64,000 nucleotides of DNA from Orbicella franksi (lineage: Eukaryota). The translations under genes and the position numbers were made by a program. Under the pieces are notes generated by a model. That model made no database searches, had not been told where the DNA came from, and saw nothing but the letters and a program-made list of their open reading frames with translations. Positions 11,811-24,700 of this stretch are shown here, one piece after another (within the stretch, counting starts at the first letter, position 1; every line of letters starts with the position of its first letter). The stretch covers positions 13,516,001 to 13,580,000 of the forward strand of contig OZ116699.1 in NCBI GenBank assembly GCA_964199315.1, read 5' to 3'.

Positions 11811-13121
11811 TCCCATTACTAATTAACCATATCTATAACAAATTTTGGAATTAAAAATGTCTTTTGAGAACTCATTTTAAGCAAAAAAGTTTGTTGAGCT
11901 TTTCATAAGTAGGAAACATTGAGAAGAAAGCCATTAAAGTGCACATAATTGATGTGTGAATCATGTGGGTATCCAATTACAAAAAGTTCAAATTGGATAC
12001 TTGTAATTAGACACCCATGTGATCATGTACCAATTATCTGACAAATAGGCACTTGGAGAACCAATCACAATTGAGAATTTTGTTATAAATATGATTAAAA
12101 ATGTAATTCACTGCAAAGTTTGCCAAGTCATAGTGTACTTTATCTTACTAGTAAAACAATAGCTCTTATAAGTAACCAACCCCCTTTCCTATTTGTCTAT
12201 GTAAGCTAACAAAATATATTACTGAACAGACTGAATTAGATTTGTTACCTAGCATGATATGCATGTATCAGCAAAACACCAGTTAAAAAGTTGTAATTGA
12301 GAAGTGATTAAATAATAATTAAAATAAATAACAGTAACAAAACAGATAAAAATGTAACATGAATAAACTACTGAAGAGCATTGTTTAAGACTATCTGAAG
12401 CCTAAGTAAAACAAGAAATTTATCTAACTTGTTACTTAACATGCCATAATTCAATATTTGGAACAAATAAATAATTTCCCTTAGGCTATTTAAAAGTTCT
12501 TGCAATGCATAATAATATATTAAACTTAATTTTTTAATAGTGAAAATTGAAAAATGATGAAGGATTTGATCTGCTCTTATAAATTTATAAAATCTGGCAT
12601 TTACCATGACTTTCACGGATAAAAATTTTATAAAACAAGAATTCCTTGGTATTTTCCCAAAAAAATGTCCCTATTATGCAGTGACTGTGCTAAAATTAAG
12701 AAATGGAAAGCTGAAATTATTGTGGAGCATGAATTTCACATTTTGATGTTTTGGCATTGTTTACATTGAAATAAGATATGCTGGACAATTAGTGGGGGGG
12801 GGGGGGGGAACGCTGTTTAATGCTGCTAAACCAGCAATCAACTCCCATCTTCTCTCTACCTTTTCTTGTCAAATAGGTCCATGAGAATGAACGAACTGGG
12901 AAAAACAAATTGTCTCAAGGCAACTTATAGAAGATCACTAGCACATAGTAAGGAGAACTTGAATGTTTGTCCTGCAGGCAAATTTACCCTATTTAGTATG
13001 ATATTGTAGCAGGGCAACAAGAGACTCCATTTTGCATCTTGATATGTCTCTTAACGTGCACATGATCTTGGCTTCCAGACTCTTGTGCAAATGATCCTTG
13101 CTTCAGGAATGCTCACTGGTT

Positions 13122-14767
13122 TCACCCCTTACTTTCAAGTCTACCAACATCGGGATAGCCTTCTAAATGCCTTACATCCACAAATTTGGCAAAACCACCT
13201 CTTTTGATTGCTTCTATACCAATGTCGCTACAAAATAAAGTTGTATACTATGATTAAAAAGTGTTTATTTTGTGGCTGTGACTTAACTACAAGATTCTGT
13301 GAATAATGCATGTATGACCGAAAATGATTTAACATAGGATGATTTCCCTGGGGATGCATGAATATTACAAGTGAATGCCCCTTAGGTTGTCCTTAAACCT
13401 GCTACATATTCCAGGGACATTCCATGTGAATATTTCCTCTTCTCTAATTATTTGGGAACTGCAAATAAGTTTCACTGTAATTTGCGGCTCATCCCCTCTT
13501 AGCATGCACTAAGGACAGAATTAGAATTATCCTAAATAAGAAATGTTGCTGGGTTCACAAATAACTATGAGACACTCTAACAGCTGCAAATTAAAATACA
13601 CCCATAAGGGGTGAGTTTGCGATGACAGCTTCTTAGTTAATTCATTTCCCACTAACTATATGTAATAATAAAATGTTGCAAAAAAAAAAACAAAAAAAAC
13701 AAAAAAACAAAGCAATTTTATCTTTTAAAAAACTCACGAGTCTTCAAATGCCCAGCAGTCCTGCGGTTCCACACCCAATAGTTTGGCAGCTGTCAAAAAC
13801 GCATCTGGATGGGGTTTGGCATTTTGATAATCTTCATTTCCAACAACTACGTCAAACAAGTCACGAATACCAGCCTCTGTTAATGCTGTGGAGTTAAATG
13901 TGTAAATGAATGCACGGATTATTTCAGGAGCAAAACCTTGGGTCCCTTTACTTTGTAGTCTAACAAAATTCGCTGCGGGTATTTGCCGCCTCTCGTGTAG
14001 CTGATCTTAAGACATGAATGAGGGGAAACTCTGTCACACCTTCCCCCTTCAAACCCCCCTTTCATAACAGTGTTTTAGAATTAATAGTAAATGTCTCGAA
14101 ATATCTTTGAAACCGTTCGCGATTTGGTTAAACGTGGAATTAATTACAAGGCGTAAAAGACAGTAAGAAAGGATTAACTTCCCAGAGCTTATCCCTGCTT
14201 CCTGTCTTTTATCACGTCAAAAATAGTCAGAGCAAGCCGTGGTGGACTTTGACCCGCGCTTCATCAAGCGATTCTAAAACAAAAACGAGAACAAACTAAG
14301 TTTTGTGGGGAATCTTTTAAAACCAAGCTACACAATCTTAAGCTCAAAAAGAAGTCAAAGTTATTGAGACAAAAAAAAGTTGGATAAACTTTTATAATTT
14401 CACCTTGCTCGACTTGACTTCGAGAACTTCCTGAGGCAACTGCTATGGGCATACCAAGGCGGCGGGCGTCTAATGCAAATCGAATTACGCAAGGTATAAC
14501 TTGAACAGATCGCAGTCCTTTTAGAAAGAAAGCCCTCTTTCGAGCGTAGACTTCAATCGGGTCTAGAGTGATGCCTTGTTTGTTAGCTAGCTCACGAATG
14601 ATTTCCCTGCCAGGCACTCCAGCTAGCGCGAAGAAACTTTCCTTGTCGAATTTCAAGCCAGTCTCATTACAGATGGCACACCAAGCACTCCAATGTAGTG
14701 GCATAGTATCCAATAATGTCCCATCACAATCAAATATCAAACCTTTTAACCCAAGAGGTAAACGCAT
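13122..14767 (-). CDS. HAD-superfamily phosphatase (subfamily IA variant 3, YqaB/beta-PGM-like), paralog B, 205 aa, 3 exons
   Basis: Exons 14404-14767, 13738-13885 and 13122-13227 with GT-AG and matching phases. Motif I GLIFDCDGTLLDT, motif II VASGS, motif III KPHPDAF, motif IV FEDSDIGIEA. Confidence 0.9.
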
Positions 14768-15305
14768 GTTGTAAATGTTTGTTTATAAGCGGACAAAACT
14801 TCTTCCCGCCAAAAATATTTTGTAGAACCTCCACAAGCGATTGCTCGCTAAGACACGAATTCTTTACCCCAGCCAAATTGCGGGAAGTAAATATTTGAAA
14901 TCAGTGACCCCGAACTCAGTCCGTAAGAGGTAAAAAGTCCCGCAAATTACGTAGGCTTCATAATCGATGATACTTTGCCCTTTTGATTCTCAGAAAGTTG
15001 AGTCCTTGAGTTCTTCGTTGTCACTGATCATGAAGTAGGAAAGCAGTCGCGAAGTAATAGCTCCTTGAGAAGGTCTTGAACCATATACAAATTTTAACAA
15101 TGCCTTTTGTCATGTCTTGATAGGAAATTGCCGCAACAAAATTGTGATCGATAGAGATATTACACCCCACGATCGAGATGTTTCGTGAATGAATGAAAAC
15201 TCGTGTTTGTTGTCACGGTGTTCTACGTTCTGGAATGGACTGTGGACTTGTGGACTGGACTTTGGACTGTTGGACTACAACAACAAAAAACTGCAACCTC
15301 CTTTG

Positions 15306-15348
15306 TTTTGTTGTTGTTGTTATTGTTGTTGTTGTTATTGTTGTTGTT
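15306..15348. repeat. (TTG)n microsatellite
   Basis: Visible run of TTG/TTA triplets; explains several low-complexity ORFs in the track. Confidence 0.9.
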
Positions 15349-16618
15349 GCTTTTCTTGGTGGTGTTGGCGTTGTCGTCTTTCTTTTGGTTTTGCTTTTCC
15401 TTTGTTTGCATTTTTTTACGGGACTGGCTTCCTGTGAATTTTTTTGGAATGTGTTTTTCTTTCAGTCTTCTGATGGAGGGGTAAATATTATCAAGATCAA
15501 GATATCTCTTAAAACTCTAGTACTAAGCCTTATCGAAAATAACCCCCATTAGAGGCAGAGGAGGTTGTAGTGTATTTTAGGTGCAGAACTTGCCTGTGGA
15601 CCCCATGTGCACATTATTTGGCGCACTAAAAAGCCTTTAGCCTAGTGGGGTTATATGAATTTGTAGTACATGTATAAAAACATATGCACTTCTGCGTTCT
15701 CAATGAATCGTAGAAATGATCCATGGTTAGACATACAGTAGGTGTAAACACGAGTCTAATAGTCTGGCATCCTCTAACCCGCAGTCCAGCCCCGATTTTC
15801 TGCCAATTTTAAATTTTCGTGAAACATGACATGTTTCCTAAAATAAATCACAACTGAATCACATTGTCATAGTGACGGAAGGGAAGGTCCCCGTCGCCGT
15901 CGGACGCCGAGTTTAGTAGCGAGATGCTCGGCATATAAAACATGCAGGATTAGCTAGGATTTGGTGCATTCTACCACGTTTTTCGATGGAAAACTCTTTT
16001 CTAGCTAAAGATAAGCTAGAAATGGAACTCTGCCCACACGCTTGACTACTTTAAATTTTAAAATGTTTCGAAAAGACTGTTTTTAGACAATGTCTGAAAA
16101 CATTTTAGCCTGCATTTTGTCATGCTAATTGCAGCCATGTCAATCCGTCAAAACCATGAAAACAATGGGACATCGCATTTCTGTATTCTTTTATACGTGT
16201 TTTTAATACGTGGAAGGTGGAAAAATCTACGTGCACCATGCTTCAAGCAGTCGACCATACGCGATCTGTAGTTTCATTTCCAGTTTTATGCCAGAACCTA
16301 ATCAAGAATACCGGAATGATTCTGAATCCCCAGGATGCTAATTTACTTTTTGTAGCACAACGAGGGCGCTTATTATTAGAGAGGGGCGCTTTTTAGAGTT
16401 AAAGAACCATGAAACTCAGGAACCACACCAATTGGACACCATGCCATTGGATAGTCGCTGTGAATCCAATCTGAGAGCTTTTCACTCCTTTACAGATCAT
16501 TCATATGGCTTATTTTTATATTTGTAGTAGTCTGAAATTGTAATAAATAAATATAAATAAATAAGGGTAACTTGCATATATTTCTAATGCCAGTATGTTG
16601 TTTATTCCATATAAAGTT

Positions 16619-16622
16619 TATT

Positions 16623-16657
<35 letters not shown>

Positions 16658-17150
16658 TTAAGCTTCGGCCTACTATTACACATAAAGAAAGAAAAAAAAA
16701 AAAAAAACAGACAGCAAAACAAAACAAAATGGCCAGGGGAGCCACTACAGCTTAGCCAATTACAGCGGCCCCCTAGATATGGACTCAAGGCTACAAAATG
16801 CACTATGCTAAATAGTCTATTCTGTTGACTGTCTACTGAATGTCACTTTTGCAATTGTATTGGTGGGTGTGTGAAGGGGTGCTGCGGTATTCCATTAGGG
16901 GTGCATATAATTAAAAGGCCCCACTTGTAAGAAAGGGGGCATTGTTTGGAAGGATAGCCTACATCAGGCAGTCCACACCACTGCTTTGTGGAGAGCGAGA
17001 TATCTGGCTGAATTGTAGTGAGATGGAGGGACAGTGCTAAAGCAAATCTTTACAAGGGTCTTCTTGGCAGCTGTGATTAAGGTCGTCATGCAACCCTTAT
17101 TGGGAACAAGTGCCATGCAATGATCTAAGAGCCAGCTGTGAAGGAGGCCC
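16619..17150 (-). mobile_element. Probable 5'-truncated non-LTR retroelement 3' end with (TAAA)n tail
   Basis: An (ATTT)n run at 16619-16658 abuts a GC-richer block that reads on the minus strand like a LINE 3'UTR ending ...GAAGCTTAATAAATAAATAAA. Left boundary is clear; right boundary is approximate. Confidence 0.45.
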
Positions 17151-17305
17151 AGCTATAAAATTTGTAAAACAAATGTGGAAACAAAATACATGGAAGCGCT
17201 ACTTTCATTGGGGGACCAGGAAATACCTTATTATTCTCAATTTCCTGGGAGCCAACTCTCGATACACTAGGGTTATTTTTATGTTTTAACCCTATTAACC
17301 CTTAA

Positions 17306-17514
17306 GCCTGATTCACACTAGGGACATAACGACAACGTTATCTCGATGTAAAAAGGACGTTATGTTTGTAATGTGAACATGTGGACATAATGACATATGA
17401 GCAACATAACAGCTTATGAACATAATGACATAATTGATAAAGATAAAACTGATCTTTTCCTTATGTCGTTATGTGGATGTCATTATGTCGTTATTTCGCT
17501 AGTGTGAACCAGGC
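17306..17514. mobile_element. Harbinger-like MITE
   Basis: 16-bp TIRs GCCTGATTCACACTAG / CTAGTGTGAACCAGGC (1 mismatch), internal ACATAA(T/C)GAC repeats, left flank TAA. Confidence 0.6.
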
Positions 17515-19003
17515 TGTACATAAAAACCCACAAAACCCCCTTTTCACGGAATAATCTTCCCTTGCAGGAGACAGCACCAACTAAAAAAAATATTTGTGTC
17601 AATGTCCGTTTATTGTATTTCCTTTTTGTTTTTATCTTTAAAGTCTTACAATGCGGCACTTCCTGATATATATCCTCAGTCTGTAGCTAATGATTCACAT
17701 GATGTCAAGGACCACTGTTTGTGATCAAGAAAAGTATTAAGACCCAGTTTGCCAAGTAAGGATACATCTTTTTCATCCTTTATGTTGTTAAATATAACAA
17801 ATCCGCGTACCCTGTTGCCTATAATACATTAGACCCTGTGTGAGCTGCCTTGTAAATATACAGTATCTTTCCATTTTAATTTAATGCCCTTTGTTACGTT
17901 TGTCTTTTTGAAGTGGACTTAATTGCTTTCCTTATTATTAAGAGTTTTTATCAAACTATTCAGAGTACATCAGCAAAACCAAGATTTGTCCTCTCTTGTT
18001 CTCTGTATTATTTTTTCCCTTGATACTTTCCTTAACTTGCTTCAGATCTTCCTGTGTGAAAATCACTGCTCAAGTTTTATAATTCCCAATAAAATTTGGG
18101 CAATATTATTGAAAATATTTTTTTTACAACAAATTAACTATTTTCCTTTCAGCCATTCCAACATGGCCTATCCAGATTGGTTAATATTCATATTGTTACA
18201 ATAGTAATCTAATAGTATTAGATATTATTTTCTAGATACAAGTTATAAGTTGTAATCATTCATATCCTATAAATCTGTAAAAAGCATTCACCAAACTACA
18301 CTGCTGTGTGAAGAAATTAAATAAGCAAAGCAGTGTAAGCAGGATGCATGGTGAAAAAAAGCTGAGTGCCTGAGTACATGGTGTTACGACCATCAATTTG
18401 AATCTCAAACATAGGCTGTGTTCTGAGCAAATATTGATTTCTTTTCCTTTAGAATGGTGAGAAATAATAAGCAACTGTGGGTTTTCCTGATCCCTTTGTA
18501 GAAAACTGTACAATGAATGGATACAAAATCACTGGACTAAAATAGTTTCCAGTACAACCCTAATGTGGCGACTTTCATCATTTCGAGAACATAAAATGTC
18601 CAAGACAGGCCTTAAATTCTCAAGAGAAAAATCTTTTATTACAGCCAAAGACTCTCAAAAAAAAATCCACTGGCATTTTTAAAATTGAAAAATAAGTCCA
18701 ATAAATTAAATATTTTTTTCATACATTTTTGTAAAGGTGAACCACTTCCCTGGACACTGCTCCTAAACAAACAAAATGATGCATATTAAATTAAACTAGG
18801 ATATAATCCAAAGCTCCTTGACAGTCAAATCCAGTTTTCCTCTAACTTAATCACGAAGTTGTTTTCTTCTAATTTTAAAAAAATAAAAGACTCAGACTTG
18901 TGTATAAAACAATAACCATCCTTTTGCCATCATATGCACATTAGGGTTGTAACTGACTACAACAAGTATATATATTGTTATAGAGGGAAGAACATAGTTA
19001 TTT

Positions 19004-20067
19004 CTACATGGTAAAGGCTCTATATCTTAAACTATGGAATTCTGTTTTGTGGTTGGTTATCTCTAGTCCATTCTCATCTGTTCTCATAGGGTATCCCTCC
19101 ATTTGCCGCACATCTGTGACTCTGTAAAAACCTGCTTGTCTGATTGCCTCAAGGCCAATATCCCTACAAATAGGAATTAAAAATGCAAATTATTAAATGG
19201 CTTTTTCATTACAGTGTGACTTTCTACGTCACTTAATTACTATTGTGGAGTAGCATAGTAGTTTGAGGGACTAGCTAATATTTGCTCTGGTAAAAAGGCC
19301 ACATAATTTAATCCTTATGTCCTTACAGTACATTACCAATATTTTTGGAGAGGTCAACAGACCTCAACATTTTCTTCAAATTATTTTTTTCTACCTGGGC
19401 ATTTATTAATCTTGGCTGGAATGTTACAATAACACTCCCCTGAAATAATAATCAAAGCTTTTAGGTAGCTTATTACTAAACATTCAGATGGGTTGAACAC
19501 AAACAAAGTAATGCATTTTAGTAATTAAAAGGTACTCAGCTTTATAAACTTACGTGTCTTCAAAACCCCAACAGTCCCCAGGGTTGACTCCAAGTCGGCT
19601 TGCTGCTGTAATGAACGCATCTGGTTTTGGCTTATGTTCTTTATAATCTTCATTGCCCAGCACTACATCAAACAAGTCCTCAATCCCTGCCAGTCTAAGG
19701 GCTGGAATCAACAAACAAACACAAACTTTTGTGACGTTCAAACTTAATCAATACAAACGTAATGTGGTAACAAATATTACGACTGAGACAAATGAGAGTG
19801 CAGTCAAGTATGACAATTGTCGTCATTTGAAGGAAGCAACGTTGAAAATGATTGATTATATTTCTTGATCGTAACAGTTGTGGTTGAGGATACTGGCCCT
19901 TACGAGTCTTTGATGGGACAAGAGAAAATTTTATGCACTCTTACAACTTGGCCAAGAATATAAGGCTTTCCAAGTCTCATCAACACTTGTTTCATTTTTT
20001 TCATTTTAGCATAATTTCGATCGTACCCACTGATGCATTTCAAAAAGTTTAGATTAACGAGCTGTAT

Positions 20068-20122
<55 letters not shown>

Positions 20123-21757
20123 TTTGGGATAATTTACTGATTCAAGTATCTCCGTTTTGCTCTTTGAAGAACTCAAATACAACCCCAAGTGACTTAGACG
20201 AACTATTCCTTATAATAACGTAAATAATCAGAATGGTTTTCTTGCAAAAATTATCGCATGCCTGAAGGAAGACAAATCAGTTTATGGCTGTAGAAGTTTA
20301 ATGAAGTCGTGTGACGTGGACTCTAACCTTTAAGTTATCGTTTTCATCTGTTAAAAGTTATGAATAAGACATTAAAGGGGAATACACAGCAAATTGAAGT
20401 CATTTTACGACCAAAATGGTCTCTTTAGTTTTACTATGCATCATTAATACAACGGTGAACGAACAATTCATATTCCAAAGTAATTAGTTCGTTCTGAAAA
20501 ATGGGAAAATGAAACGTACATTTACGTCCGATACATTCAAAGAAATCGCGGTGTCGTGCAGTTTTCTTTCTAATCTACCATTGAATCCTGAGACACAAAC
20601 AAATCTGAAGTCATTGGTCCTATTTTTTCAGTTTCAAGACAAAAATTTTGGAATTTTCTCTCTTTGAATTTCGTACGTGCTTCATCGAGCGAATGTTTAC
20701 CACGTTAGTTACCACCTGGGGCAACTGACCAATCATGAACGCCGGACCTGCACACACCCCCGACACTCCTCCAAAACATATCCTACCTCTATTGTCATGA
20801 ATATTTTCTAAAATGCGAAAAATATAAGATGGTACAGTGATCAAAAACGATGAAAAACACGCTCAATTTAACCCTGATCCAATAAATGAAATGTCTGCCT
20901 CAATTTTTTCATTATATTCAGGAAGATGTTCGAGATATTTGCTAAATAAACGAATCCTCACGAATCTTTTGTTATCCGTGTGGACTTTGCCCTGAACGGA
21001 AAATAACAAGAGCTAAATTGGCGAGTCATCTTTCGTTGCAAAGTAGTTGTTGCTTCTTGCCAAAATCTTAGATTACTAAAATCAAAGCAATAATTACTAC
21101 GTTTTCGCCTGTGCTTAGGACCTCATTCTAGATTCAAAACAATTCTAGTGAGGGTATGTCTGTGGGCGTCGGCCATAGGTTGACAAACAAACCACCCGAA
21201 TAAAGCGAGGTAATAACAAATCTCGTGGAACGAAAACTACGAGATCCTATATAAAACACTCTCGGTTATATCAGAGCGGGACTATAAACACAAAGATCAT
21301 TGAACTCATTCAAAAGTTCTCGTTTCAACTTCGAGCAGCTAGTAAAATGAACGTGCGATCAATACAAGCTTAGTTTACCTTTCTGTACTTGAGAGCGCGA
21401 ACTGCCTGAAGCCACAGCAATCGGAATACCCAGTCTATGAGCCTCCTCAGCTATACGTACGACACACTGGATCGCTGAGACAGATGTTAATCCTTCCAGG
21501 AAGTATTTTCTTTTCCTGTCGTAAATTGCATAGGGATCGAGTTTGATTCCTTGCTGCTTCGCCAGTACGTTGATTATCTTCTTGCCCGGAACGCCTGCCA
21601 GTGTGTAGAAGTCGGTCTTGTGGAATACAAGTCCGGTTTCTTTGCAGATTTTACACCAGGCTTTCCAGTGGATTGGCATAGTATCAACAAGGGTCCCATC
21701 ACAGTCGAAGACCAAGGCTTTAACTTCTACTGGTATCACTCGTGAATCGGGGATCAT
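19004..21757 (-). CDS. HAD-superfamily phosphatase (YqaB/beta-PGM-like), paralog A, 228 aa, 3 exons
   Basis: Exons 21379-21757, 19554-19701 and 19004-19163. Motifs ALVFDCDGTLVDT, VASGS, KPKPDAF, FEDTDIGLEA. Same intron positions/phases and the same 148-nt middle exon as paralog B. Confidence 0.9.
20065..20125. repeat. (ATTT)n microsatellite
   Basis: Long, near-perfect ATTT run in intron 1 of HAD paralog A. Confidence 0.9.
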
Positions 21758-24700
21758 TCTCTCGAGATTTTAGTTAGAGTGGAATATCAGTAATGGTGAT
21801 GTCAACTGGTTGTAGTGCCCAACCCACCCCTTATAACCTTTCCTTTCGACAGTATCGACCTAGAGTATTTATCTCAGCCCCAGGTGAGGGCTCTAGATGG
21901 GCGAGATCGATGCAAAGTTGCCCAAAACCTTTCAGAGGTTTCCCCTCAACTGTCTTAGGAAAAGCACGGTTTCAAAGTAGTTTTCCCTTTGTGACACATG
22001 GAATATAATATACATGCACATAAATCATGACGTCACTCGATTCCTCCAATCCGCGTTCGCTACTTTTTATAGTTATTGCAAAATTGTCCCTGAAGACCTG
22101 ATGGTTGCTATGTTTCTCAACCAGCCTTCAAAATTTATCATCGCTCTTTTACTGAGGTCTAAATTATCCTGTGCAAAAATAAAAAGCTTCAGTCTAACGA
22201 GGTGTAATTTTCTTCTTTCTCAAAGTAAACAAACTTGATACGGCCACTTTATTTACACATCAAGAGTAGCGCTGTGTTTCAACATGCGAATAACAATACC
22301 GCAGATTGTTCAATACCGGCATTGATCTTGCGTCATCTCTGACTACTGTAAAATGCCGGCTTTCAAGCAAAGGAAATATAAATCGCAATAATTGTTTCAC
22401 TGAAATGAACTTACTTTTTACCGTAGAAATATAATGTGGACCCAGTCATATTAATCTAAGTTGTCTTTATTTTAACATTTTCGGCGTAGCATCAATCAGT
22501 AATTTGAAAGTCAAGGGTAAAGTTCATTGACGTTCCGACAGTGCTTGACAAAATTTACCTTTTGATGGACGGGAGCCAAAAGGAAGTCTTTCAAGGTTTG
22601 TGAATGTACTAAATAATCGGGCTTATTAATGTATTTCTTTCTGAGAATTTCTCCTGGAAATGTCATATTTTAATTCTTGCAGAATCCTCTAACATCAAGA
22701 CAAAGAATAAGTCTAAAAACTGACTAAATATGGCGGTCAGACCTCCGTGCGCTTACAAAAGTTGTTAGTTTAAAAACAATAACAAATCTGACATTTTATT
22801 GACAGATACCTCTGAAGATTGAACAATTTTGATGTTTTATCTACTGGCTTTAGTTTGCATATTTATAGCAGATATTCCTCTTTCTGCTTATCACATTTTC
22901 TTGTAGTTGCCCTGGAGAGATCTTGAGAATAGAAGCTAATAGATTGCGCTTCATAGTTTTCTTATGCCATACATCCAGACAATCTAATATCAAACAAAAA
23001 CTGAACTTATGATCTGGGGTTTATGTCGTGGATTTATGATAACACTAAATTTGCATTTCTGTATGGCGGCTGTGCGTCACATTACCATTTAATTCAAGGG
23101 TTGAGGGAAGCATTGCTGCTCTCTGTGGATGCTGGTTGATCGCGAATCTCCTTAACAGGTCTTAACAGTTCTACAGCACCTATGTATGCGGTGCACTTAA
23201 GCAGATACGACACAAAATGTAATTCGGAAATTTGTGTGGGGCTTGACGTTCGCACGGTTCCGGAAACGTTTTCCTAGAACAAAAGCTTTTTTTTCCTATT
23301 CTCTTTTAACATCTGACCCATGAAATTCTTGTGTGTGGTGGTGGCCTAGTTACTTTTAAAAAATCATAACAGACTTAAACCCAAAACAACTCGTGCTCAA
23401 ATGTATCGCGTGACATACATACCTACAATTGAAGTCGTTTCGCCCACCCGGTTAGTTTGAATATTGAAGGAACAAGTTTCAGGGACTTGATTATGGTTGT
23501 CACTTCGTGTAAACACTGTGTGGGACAAGTCCTTGTAAACAAATTAACTAGAATAATTCTTTTCCCAAAAAACATTTTGCAACCAGTTCCCTCCTCTATA
23601 CTCTTCAAGGGACTTGTCTCAGGAACTACTTCCACGAGCGCGAATTGTTTCTTGTAAATCTTGGTTACGATTGTCGCCTACGAAACACAAAATGTATTAG
23701 AATTTTGAGAACCCTAATACAATCGTAATGTTATGAGATGTTGCATGGTGAGAGTTCTATAAGATTTTTGCATGGTGCGAGGTTTCTTGACTGACTGTCT
23801 CGTCTCTTCCCAAAATCAATGTGGAAGTTCTACTGAACCGATTTAGTGTGCTTAGTAAGTTTTTTACTAGGCCGGTTGGAATGAGTGGGCTACTACCGGG
23901 AGGGGTCAAAGCATTAGCAAAGAACCATGTGCATGTGCAATAGAGGGCGCCAGTGGATGCCGCATGCTCCCCTTGGGGCGTAAAGGAAGAAGAAAACAAC
24001 GACGACGACGACGATGATGGTAAAGTCTTTTGTTTAGCTATAACATTGACAAGTAGGAGGGAGGAGAAAATAGATGGCCAACCCAACACTTTTATCGGGG
24101 TTGTGGTTTGTGGCCAAACCATATTGTTCCTGATCCCAAATAGTACTACTTAAGACGAGCTAAAAACGTATTCACAAACATCACCTTAAATGAATAACCA
24201 TGTTTTACTGCACGCAAGAAAGTAGGCTTTCTCGATGAAAACAAAAGAGGTAATTATCAAGTCCACTAGAAAACACCCGTAGGAAAGCGCAAATGCCAGC
24301 GGTATTTCTAGTTCTCCCTGCTAAATGTAATTCCGCACGTATTTCTGCGACTCGATAGAAATATGGAAAAGGAATTTTTATTACTTTTTTAAAATTAACT
24401 CAATATCGGACTCAATAATTCTCTGTTTACGGTGCTGCGGGTAAATAATTAATTGCTCGTCACAAATAAATCGGTTGTCAATATTAATACAGATAATAGC
24501 CATTGTTTTCTTTGTTTTTCCCACCAGAACACCTAATTCCTAGTCTGTATATCATATGTGACTCGACATTTATTTATCATGTTTTTGCGGCACGTATATA
24601 TTCATTACTGATACCTGTGGGGTTAAGAAACTGATGAATATTGAATATTTATTATGATTTTAACCCAGTATTTGTGATCAATATTTGTCACTAACTATTC

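Noticed and set aside
15189-15552. Several overlapping ORFs with poly-Cys, poly-Val, poly-Leu or poly-Asn
   Set aside because: Artefacts of the (TTG)n microsatellite and short TGGAC repeats.
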